This document shows positions 37,172 to 44,173 of a stretch of 44,173 nucleotides of DNA, piece after piece. Position numbers and translations under genes: made by a program. This stretch comes from a bacterium (GTDB lineage Bacteria; Verrucomicrobiota; Kiritimatiellia; RFP12; UBA1067), in the NCBI GenBank assembly GCA_963636335.1, contig CAVHJW010000001.1, positions 1 through 44,173 of the forward strand, read 5' to 3'. The notes under the pieces were generated by a model. That model saw nothing but the letters and a program-made list of their open reading frames with translations. It searched no databases and was not told the origin of the DNA. Position 1 is the first letter of the stretch; each line of letters opens with the position of its first letter.

Positions 37172-39271
37172 ATGGACAAGCAGAATCTCTATCTCGGTAT
37201 CGACATTGGCTCGACGACGTTCAAGGCTGTTCTTCTCGCGGGCGATGGCACTGTCCTTCGCACCGTCTACAAGCGGACGCAGCCCGTTGAGGCGGGCAAG
37301 GTCGCGTGCACGGGGCACTGTCATGCGTGTGGCGCGTGCAGCGGCGGGTCGGTGAAGCGTCTCGCGCTTGAGTTCCTGAAGGTTGCGGGCATCGCATCTT
37401 TCTCGGATCTCTCGTCTTTTGTCGTGACGGGTAGCCAGATTGTTGAGGACACAAAGAAATTCTTGCCTTTCGACTTTCAGGTGAGTGAGGTGACCGCGCA
37501 CGTTGCGGGCGCAAAGTTCCTTCATCCCGATGTTGATGCCATTATTGACTGCGGCGGTCAGGACTCAAAGTGCATGGTCTACAATCCGCCGATGAACCTC
37601 TGGACGAGCATGATGAGCGGCGTCTGCGCGGCGGGAACGGGCAGTTTCCTCGACTCGGTGGCGCAGAAGCTCGGCGTCCGAATTGAGGATGTCGCCGACC
37701 GTGTCAACTACGACTCAAAGACTGAATTCAGTTCCGTCTGCGCCGTCCTCTCGGCGACGTCGATCAACAAGTTTAAGAACCGCGTGCCGCTCGGTGATCT
37801 CTTGGCCGGCGCGTGCAAGGCGCAGGCGCGCACGATTCTTAACTCGGTTGGTCAGCTCCTCTTGAATGCTCCAGGTCGCAAGATTCTCTTTCAGGGCGGC
37901 GTTGCGTTCAACAAGGCCGTTGCTTACTTCCTCGGCAAACTGACGGGCAGCGAGATTATTATTCCGCAGTATCACGAGGTGATGGGCGCACTCGGCGCGG
38001 CCGTCATTGCGCGCCAACTTCATGACCTCAAGGTGTCGGGTCATCTGAATCTTGAGAAGGTTGACTACGAGCCGACGCGCGGGAAGTCCGTTCTTCTGCG
38101 CATCAAGTCGACGAAGCACGACTTCTTCTCGAAGGACGAAACGAAGCCGCTCGTTTGGCGCAATCTCTTCTTCCCGACTGAAATCCTGAATGCGATGGAC
38201 TGCCGCGTGCGCACGCTTGAGACCTACGCCGCGCTCTTTGGTCGCCGCGCCGACAAGGTGAAGGAGGCTCTCGGGCGCGCCGCGCAGAAGGGCTTCGACG
38301 GGCAGACGTGTTCGTTTTTGCGTATGCTTGAAGGTATGGATCTCGAGAAGCCTGACTTCATCGTCTCAACCGTTCAGCCGTGTCAGCAGGCCGAGCGTGT
38401 TTTCGCCGATCTCGCGCGCGAATACAAAATTGAGGATCGTCTCTACTCGTTGCAGACGCCGATCAACGCACACTCGCGCAACGCCGTGGAGGTGATGGCC
38501 GACGGGCTTGCCGAGTCTGTCTTTGAGATGGAGAAGGCCTTTGGGCGCAAGATGGATCCAGGTCGACTTGAAGAGGCGTGCGTCCTTTCAAACGAGGCCG
38601 CCGCGCTTGCGAAGAAGTGTCAGGAATTGCGCTTCACATCCCCGCCGCTCGTGCGCGGGAGCGAGGCGATTTACAACGCTATCGTCTTCTCGCAGCTCTG
38701 GGGGCGCCAAGATCTCGTGGATATCCAGAAGGCCTACTACGAGGAACTTCTGATGAAGAAGGAGTGGGCCGAGAAGCGCTACAAAATGGGTGACACGCAC
38801 CGCCTCCTCTGGCTTCACCTGCCACCGTTCTACGATACGCGCCACCTTGACTTTATTGAGACGACGTGCAATGCGCCGATCGTCTTCGAAGAGACGAACT
38901 TCGTCGGCTGGGAGCCGCTTGACCCGAAAGATCCCTACCGCTCGCTCGCGAAGAAGCTCCTTCAGTCAGGCTTTCTCGACCCCGCGCTGCGCGTTGAGTA
39001 CGTCAAGCGCGCCATTCCAGCGGGTCAGTTCAATGGCGTCATCCTCTACACACACGGCTTTGGTCGCTGCTCGCTTGCCGACCGCGCGCTCTCCAAGCAT
39101 CTGCGCGAGGAGCTTGATGCGATCCATGTGCCGCTTCTCACGCTTGAGGGCGACTGCATGGATGCGTCGATCGACCCGTGCTCAACAACGACGAAGATTG
39201 CTTCGTTCGCGGAGGCGCTGAACCTAAACCGTTACGGGAATATCTTCGGCAAACTCAACGAGAAGAAATGA
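37172..39271 (+). CDS. fusion of a BcrAD/BadFG-type (HgdC-like) ATPase activase with a 2-hydroxyacyl-CoA dehydratase (HGD-D) domain
   Basis: The N-terminal half has LGIDIGSTTFKAV, DCGGQDSKC, VCAAGTGSFLD and SSVCAVLSATS, collinear with HgdC including its two cluster Cys. The C-terminal half has QTCSFLR, QPCQQAE, TTCNAPIV, GFGRCS and LEGDCMD, which is HGD-D-like. I chose the start at 37172. The tracked 36938 start is an Arg-rich overlap with the ligase gene. Confidence 0.8.
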   Translation: MDKQNLYLGIDIGSTTFKAVLLAGDGTVLRTVYKRTQPVEAGKVACTGHCHACGACSGGSVKRLALEFLKVAGIASFSDLSSFVVTGSQIVEDTKKFLPFDFQVSEVTAHVAGAKFLHPDVDAIIDCGGQDSKCMVYNPPMNLWTSMMSGVCAAGTGSFLDSVAQKLGVRIEDVADRVNYDSKTEFSSVCAVLSATSINKFKNRVPLGDLLAGACKAQARTILNSVGQLLLNAPGRKILFQGGVAFNKAVAYFLGKLTGSEIIIPQYHEVMGALGAAVIARQLHDLKVSGHLNLEKVDYEPTRGKSVLLRIKSTKHDFFSKDETKPLVWRNLFFPTEILNAMDCRVRTLETYAALFGRRADKVKEALGRAAQKGFDGQTCSFLRMLEGMDLEKPDFIVSTVQPCQQAERVFADLAREYKIEDRLYSLQTPINAHSRNAVEVMADGLAESVFEMEKAFGRKMDPGRLEEACVLSNEAAALAKKCQELRFTSPPLVRGSEAIYNAIVFSQLWGRQDLVDIQKAYYEELLMKKEWAEKRYKMGDTHRLLWLHLPPFYDTRHLDFIETTCNAPIVFEETNFVGWEPLDPKDPYRSLAKKLLQSGFLDPALRVEYVKRAIPAGQFNGVILYTHGFGRCSLADRALSKHLREELDAIHVPLLTLEGDCMDASIDPCSTTTKIASFAEALNLNRYGNIFGKLNEKK

Positions 39272-40602
39272 CCGTCCTCCTCGCCATCGCGCTTCTTCTG
39301 GCGGATGTCCCTTTGACAGACCGCGAGGTTTGGAACGAGGGTGTTTCGTATTATGAGGCGGGTGACGCGACGAACGCCCTGCGTGTTCTACGACCCCTGA
39401 TGCTCTCAAAGACGCACGGCGCGCGCGCGGCCGAGGTCGTTGCGAAGCTCGAATATGAGAAGGGGAATCAGGAGGCTGCGGCCGAGGCGGCGCAGATTGC
39501 GCTCCGCGCCGCGCCGTCTGATGCGAAGGCGAATCGCAACTTCACGCGCGCCACAAGCGGTCTTCCTGCGCGTCGCGAGAAAGAGCATATTGACGCGGTG
39601 CTGAAGGCTGCCGAGGGTCAAGATCCAGGCGCGTTGCTTTTGACGGCGACGAAGAATGCGCGCCGTCTCTTCGCTGAGTCGGCGACATATCGCACGAACG
39701 AAGCGTCTCGCGCCGTTGCGCGTGCCGACCGCCTTGCGGCTGACGCGGCGACGCTTGCCGACGCTTGGATTCCTGTCCGTCAGGCCATCACGCAGTCCGT
39801 CACAAATGAAGAGCAGGCTGCAACGATTCTGATGCAAATTGAACAGGCTGAGTCAAAGACGAAGGACGCCGCACGAGCTCTGGGAGATCTTGATGAGTCG
39901 GCGTATGCCATGCTTTCTGATGTTGAGCACGACTTGACGCGCTTTCTAAAACTTGCGATCTTGCCGCCGCCCGCGATGGACGAAGATCTCGTGGCCCAGT
40001 CAAATGCTTGGCTTGATGTTGAGAAGGTGAACGGTCGCAACTGGCAACAGGACGCGCTTGATTTCACGCGCGCGTTTCGTGCGAAGTTCCCCGCGTGGGC
40101 GAAGGCATACGAGCAACAAGCGCAGTCTGACACCAATAAGCCGCCTTTCACGGCGGAGGATCAGGCCAAAGTCTCGGCCCTCTCAACGGAACTTGAGAAG
40201 ATTCAGATTTCTTGCGTTGAGAAGGTTGTTGCCGCCGATCAGGAGAAAGCCTTGCGTCTTATTGATGAGATTCGTGCGCTTCTTCCGAAGAATCCGAATG
40301 GGGGTGGCGGGTCAAATCAACAGCCGAACGAGGGCGCCCAGAATCCGAATCAGTCGCCGCAGAATAACGATTCGCAGAATCAGCCTCAGCCAAACGAGAC
40401 GGACGAAAAACAGACAGAAGACCCCAACGAGCAGAAGGGTGAGGAGGATGAAAAGGAGGCGGGCGAGACGGCCGAAGAGCCACCCGACGAGCAGGTCGAA
40501 GACGTTCTTAAAAAGGCGCAAGAGCGCAATGATGAACACGAGGCGGACAAGAAGGCGCGTATGCGCAAGGCGCCGCTTCCGCCGAACGAACGGGACTGGT
40601 AG
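39268..40602 (+). CDS. TPR-like protein with acidic/Gln-Asn-Pro low-complexity C-terminal region (BatC-like tail ending in RDW)
   Basis: N-terminal hydrophobic segment MTVLLAIALLLA, TPR-like helices, low-complexity NPNGGGGSNQQPNEGAQNPNQSPQNNDSQNQPQPNE...EEDEKE, and the ending KKAQERNDEHEADKKARMRKAPLPPNERDW. ATGA overlap with the upstream gene. The BatC similarity is from memory of tail architecture only. Confidence 0.45.
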   Translation: MTVLLAIALLLADVPLTDREVWNEGVSYYEAGDATNALRVLRPLMLSKTHGARAAEVVAKLEYEKGNQEAAAEAAQIALRAAPSDAKANRNFTRATSGLPARREKEHIDAVLKAAEGQDPGALLLTATKNARRLFAESATYRTNEASRAVARADRLAADAATLADAWIPVRQAITQSVTNEEQAATILMQIEQAESKTKDAARALGDLDESAYAMLSDVEHDLTRFLKLAILPPPAMDEDLVAQSNAWLDVEKVNGRNWQQDALDFTRAFRAKFPAWAKAYEQQAQSDTNKPPFTAEDQAKVSALSTELEKIQISCVEKVVAADQEKALRLIDEIRALLPKNPNGGGGSNQQPNEGAQNPNQSPQNNDSQNQPQPNETDEKQTEDPNEQKGEEDEKEAGETAEEPPDEQVEDVLKKAQERNDEHEADKKARMRKAPLPPNERDW

Positions 40603-40605
40603 ACG

Positions 40606-41682
40606 ATGAAAGTTGTTGTCGCATGTGGGGGAACGGGCGGTCACGCCTTTCCGGGGTTGGCAATCGCCGAGGCTCTCGCCGCGCGTGGCCATGAGGTGAC
40701 GATTTGGGATTCGGGGCGCGCCATTGAGTCGCCCGTCCTTGCGCGTTGGACGGGTCCGCGCTTCTCGACGTACGCGAAGACGCTCTCTCTTCGGCACGCC
40801 CTCGCACTGTTGCGTTCGCTTTGGCGCTGCCGCCGTGAGATGAAGCGTCAGAAGCCCGACGTTCTCGTTGCGATGGGCAGTTACTCGTCGCTTCCGCCCG
40901 TCCTCGCCGCGAAGAGTTGCGGTGTGCGCATTGTCCTTCACGAAGCGAATACCGTCCCAGGTAAGGCGATTGACGCGCTCTCGAGGTTCGCCGATGTTGT
41001 GGCGATCAGTTTTGCGGCAACGGCGCGTTATTTGCCGCATGCACGCACGGTGCTGACAGGGCTTCCTATTCGCAAAGAGATTGCCGAGGGAACGCGCTTT
41101 GATTTCATTCCCGCGAATGCGTTTGTCCTTTTTGTGACAGGCGGCTCGCAAGGTGCGCACGCGGTCAATGAACTCGTTTCGGAGGCGGTCGTTGAGATGA
41201 AGGCCAAACTCGACGAACGGGCGAAGGCGGGTGAAACGATTCGGCCGCTCTACGTCATCCATCAGACGGGTACGGCGGATGAAGGTCGCGTTCTCGCCCG
41301 TTATCTTGACAAAGGGATTCCGAGTCGTGTTCATGCCTTTGAACGCGAGATGGCGCAGGCCTTCGCGTCGGCAGATTTCGTCGTCGCGCGCGCGGGTGCC
41401 TCAACGTGTTTTGAATTGGCGGCCTGCGCGAAGGCTGTCCTGTTTATTCCGCTACCGAGCGCGTTACGCAATCACCAACATTTTAACGCCGAAGCCTTTG
41501 CCGCTCTTGGCGCGGCCGATGAGGGATGTCAGGCGAAACTTGACGCGCATGCGCTCGCACAGTATCTCATCAATATTTACGATCATCCCGAGCGCGTTCG
41601 GGCGATGTCCGAAAAAATTCGGGCGTTGTCAACACCTGATGCGGCTGCGCGTGTTGCTGAAATTGTGGAGGAAAAGAAATGA
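40606..41682 (+). CDS. murG: UDP-GlcNAc:undecaprenyl-PP-MurNAc-pentapeptide GlcNAc transferase
   Basis: MKVVVACGGTGGHAFPGLAIAEAL, HEANTVPG, VTGGSQGA and ARAGASTCFELA. Confidence 0.9.
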   Translation: MKVVVACGGTGGHAFPGLAIAEALAARGHEVTIWDSGRAIESPVLARWTGPRFSTYAKTLSLRHALALLRSLWRCRREMKRQKPDVLVAMGSYSSLPPVLAAKSCGVRIVLHEANTVPGKAIDALSRFADVVAISFAATARYLPHARTVLTGLPIRKEIAEGTRFDFIPANAFVLFVTGGSQGAHAVNELVSEAVVEMKAKLDERAKAGETIRPLYVIHQTGTADEGRVLARYLDKGIPSRVHAFEREMAQAFASADFVVARAGASTCFELAACAKAVLFIPLPSALRNHQHFNAEAFAALGAADEGCQAKLDAHALAQYLINIYDHPERVRAMSEKIRALSTPDAAARVAEIVEEKK

Positions 41683-43592
41683 AGACGACATTTCCAGATT
41701 GGTCATCTTTCACGCCCGAGGTGGCGGCGAAGAATCTAGATCGACTTCTCAAGGAGACGGAGGCGGAGATTGTGGCGTCTGAGGCCGCGCGCCCCATGAC
41801 CTATGAGGCGTTCGCGTATACGGGTCTTGCCGCACGCGACCTTTATGAATGCTGGGGGAAGGTCTCGCACATGATCGGCGTCATGAATGACGAAGCTTGG
41901 CGCGATGTTGAAGCGAAGTACCAACCTGCAATCGTTCGCATATCGCTTCGGGCTTGCCAGTCTAAGCCGATTTATGAGTCGGCGAAGCGCGTCCTCGCCG
42001 CAGACAAGACGCTTGACGCGACGCGCCGTCGCATTCTTGAAAAGGCGGTCAAAGGGGCCGAGCAGGCGGGTGTCGGTCTTGACGGGGAGAAGAAGACGCG
42101 CTTCAATGAGATTCAAGAGCGCTTGGCTAAACTTTCAATGGATTTCTCAAACGCGGTCATTGATGCGACGAAGGCGTTCTCGTTTGAGAAGGGCGGTAAG
42201 ACCTATACGATTGATGATGCCGCCTATCCTGAGACGATGAAGCATTGCGCGGATCGCGAGGTGCGTGAGCGACTCTACCGTGCCCGCGCAACGCGTGCGA
42301 GTGAGAATACAGCGCGCATTGACGAAATGCTCGCCTTGCGACAGGAGCTTTCCGAGATTCTCGGCTATGACGACTTCGCGCACCTCTCGCTTTCGTCTAA
42401 ATGTGCGGCGACACCCGAGGCGGTCTTCAAGATGATTGACGAAATGGACGCGGCCACGGTTTCGCCTGCGCACGAGGAGGATCGCGAACTTGGCGAGGAT
42501 CTCGCGCCGTGGGATCGCACGTTTGCGGCCGAACGTCTGCGCGAAAAGAAGTACGCTTATTCCGAAGAAGAACTGAAGCGCTTCTTTGAGTTGGAGGATG
42601 TCCTTCGCGGTCTCTTCACGCTTTCGCATACGCTCTTTGGTATCGTCGTTCGCGAGATGACGGGCGCACGGAAGCCGTCCGTTTGGCATCCCGATGTCCG
42701 CGTCTTCGCCGTTGAGGAGAAGGGCGAAGAAATCGCGCACTTCTATTTTGACCCCTTTGTTCGAAATGGGCAGAAGCACGGTGGCGCGTGGATGAACGAG
42801 TTTCGCAATCGCCGGCCGATTGTCCAGTTCTGCGAGGGGAAGGTTGTGTGGCCCGAGGGCGAGGGGGTGTTTGAGACGCCGCTCGCGCTCGTTGCGACGA
42901 ACTTCCCGAAGCCAGATGCCGACGGCAAGTGCTTTTTGCCGTTCCGTGAAGTGGAGACGCTCTTCCACGAATTTGGTCACGCGCTTCAGCAGATGCTCAC
43001 GCGCGTCAATGAGGATGGTGCGGCAGGCATCAATCTCGTTGAGTGGGATGCCGTTGAGGTCGCCTCGCAATTTATGGAGAACTGGTGTCTTGATGGTCGC
43101 ACGGGGATTCGCGTCCCTGCCGATTTGAAGGCGAAGGTCCTCGCGGCGAAGAACTTCCGCGCCGCGAGCGCGTGTCGCCGCCAGCTCGCGTTTGCGAAGA
43201 CAGACCTTCTTCTTCACCTCAAGGAATTTGCCCAGTCTCACGAGACACCGAACGGTTTGAAGAAAAAGGTGTTCACTCATTTTGATTTCCCGATGGTTGA
43301 TGAGGATATCTTCCTCTGCGCTTTCACGCACATCTTTTCGGGCGGCTACGCGGCGGGCTACTACGGCTACAAGTGGTCGGAAGTGATGAGCGCGGATTGC
43401 TACGGCGCGTTTGAGGAGGCGGGGCTTCAAGACGACGCGAAGATGAAGGAGCTGGGCGCACGCTACCGTGAGACAATCCTCGCGCTCGGCGGCTCACGCT
43501 CCGCGCTTGATGTTTTTAGACTCTTCCGTGGGCGCGATCCGAATAGTACGGCACTCCTGCGTCAGCAAGGGCTCAAAGGAGATTCAAAATGA
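41679..43592 (+). CDS. prlC: M3-family zinc oligopeptidase (oligopeptidase A-like)
   Basis: The zinc site is HEFGHALQQML (HExxH), with downstream EVASQFMENW and FSGGYAAGYY typical of M3A. ATGA overlap with murG. Confidence 0.85.
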   Translation: MKTTFPDWSSFTPEVAAKNLDRLLKETEAEIVASEAARPMTYEAFAYTGLAARDLYECWGKVSHMIGVMNDEAWRDVEAKYQPAIVRISLRACQSKPIYESAKRVLAADKTLDATRRRILEKAVKGAEQAGVGLDGEKKTRFNEIQERLAKLSMDFSNAVIDATKAFSFEKGGKTYTIDDAAYPETMKHCADREVRERLYRARATRASENTARIDEMLALRQELSEILGYDDFAHLSLSSKCAATPEAVFKMIDEMDAATVSPAHEEDRELGEDLAPWDRTFAAERLREKKYAYSEEELKRFFELEDVLRGLFTLSHTLFGIVVREMTGARKPSVWHPDVRVFAVEEKGEEIAHFYFDPFVRNGQKHGGAWMNEFRNRRPIVQFCEGKVVWPEGEGVFETPLALVATNFPKPDADGKCFLPFREVETLFHEFGHALQQMLTRVNEDGAAGINLVEWDAVEVASQFMENWCLDGRTGIRVPADLKAKVLAAKNFRAASACRRQLAFAKTDLLLHLKEFAQSHETPNGLKKKVFTHFDFPMVDEDIFLCAFTHIFSGGYAAGYYGYKWSEVMSADCYGAFEEAGLQDDAKMKELGARYRETILALGGSRSALDVFRLFRGRDPNSTALLRQQGLKGDSK

Positions 43593-44167
43593 AAAGGTTC
43601 GCGTTCCTTCTTCTTGTCCCGATTCTTTCGGGTTGCTTCTCATCCTCTGCGCCACGCACGTCGGATTGGTCGGTTGATGCCGCCGCGCCGAAGGCGGTGA
43701 CGACCGAGCCGTCGCGCTTTGGCGTGACGCGCCTTTCGTTTGTTGACGTCCTCGCACCCTACGATGAGCGCGAAATCAAGGTGACGTGCGCCGATGGGAC
43801 GCTCGCGACCGATCCCTATAATCTCTTCGCGGCTGTCCCCTCGCGTCTTCTGCGCACGCCCACGCTGGATCTTCTCGCCGCATCTGGTCGCTTCGCCGCC
43901 GTTGTCGCGCCGAGTTCGTCGGCGAACGCGGCGTTCGTTGTTGAAGTTTCTGTTTCGGATCTCCATCTTGATGCGACGACACGCGAGAACGACAAGACGG
44001 TTTGCCGTGCTGTTGTGCGCTTGAGACTTCTTGTCCTTGATAAGTCGCGTGCGATTGTCGGCGACGCGGTTGGCGAAGACACCGAAATCGTTCAAGACGG
44101 CGACTTCGGCAAGGCCTTCTCAGCGGCGTTTGCTACGGCCATCAAGTCAGCGCTTGCCAAGATTTGA
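43589..44167 (+). CDS. lipoprotein, possibly ABC-type transport auxiliary component (PqiC/DUF330-like)
   Basis: Lipobox ILSGC|F, size about 190 aa, and a central DPYNLFAAVPSRLLRTPTLDLLAASGRF resembling the ...W..pl...l...l...L family pattern. ATGA overlap with the upstream gene. Confidence 0.4.
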   Translation: MKRFAFLLLVPILSGCFSSSAPRTSDWSVDAAAPKAVTTEPSRFGVTRLSFVDVLAPYDEREIKVTCADGTLATDPYNLFAAVPSRLLRTPTLDLLAASGRFAAVVAPSSSANAAFVVEVSVSDLHLDATTRENDKTVCRAVVRLRLLVLDKSRAIVGDAVGEDTEIVQDGDFGKAFSAAFATAIKSALAKI

Positions 44168-44173
44168 TGCGCC

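Noticed and set aside
40290-40500. A low-complexity stretch (NPN/QN/EE-rich), considered as a possible DNA-level repeat or CRISPR-like array
   Set aside because: I could see no exact DNA periodicity or spacer/repeat structure. It is in-frame coding low complexity within the TPR-protein ORF.

Overview
This is a high-GC (about 60% by eye), very gene-dense chromosomal segment from an apparently anaerobic bacterium. The phylum cannot be determined from the sequence alone. I call about 37 protein genes, 35 on the + strand, many joined by 4-nt start/stop overlaps (ATGA, GTGA, TTGA). I found no rRNA, tRNA, CRISPR array, transposase, integrase or phage genes. Recognisable housekeeping genes are infC, pssA, ppdK, a phosphomannomutase, ruvA, folE, pdxK, murG, an M3 oligopeptidase, a Na/Pi symporter and a thioester-type alpha-2-macroglobulin.

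The most interesting locus is one tightly packed 12-gene + strand unit at 21.8-32.5 kb. It joins a bifurcating-type EtfBA, a long acyl-CoA dehydrogenase and the acetyl-CoA carboxylase carboxyltransferase pair AccDA to a minimal aryl-polyene-like type II PKS/FAS core. That core runs KS, hotdog DH, KR, KS, chain-length-factor-like protein, lysophospholipid acyltransferase and FatA-type acyl-ACP thioesterase. The unit encodes no ACP, no malonyl transacylase and no classical enoyl reductase.

Other notable observations:
- An AMP-dependent ligase is broken by a perfect 47-bp tandem duplication.
- Immediately downstream is a fusion of a BcrAD/BadFG-type activase with a 2-hydroxyacyl-CoA-dehydratase domain, carrying an extra Cys4 insert.
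- A Kef-type cation/H+ antiporter is fused to a PtsN-like EIIA domain.
- An extended -10 box, (TA)TGGTATAAT, recurs 8-13 nt upstream of six operon-initial ATGs, implying leaderless or near-leaderless transcripts.

All functional calls come from reading the translated ORFs against remembered family motifs. No database search was run.
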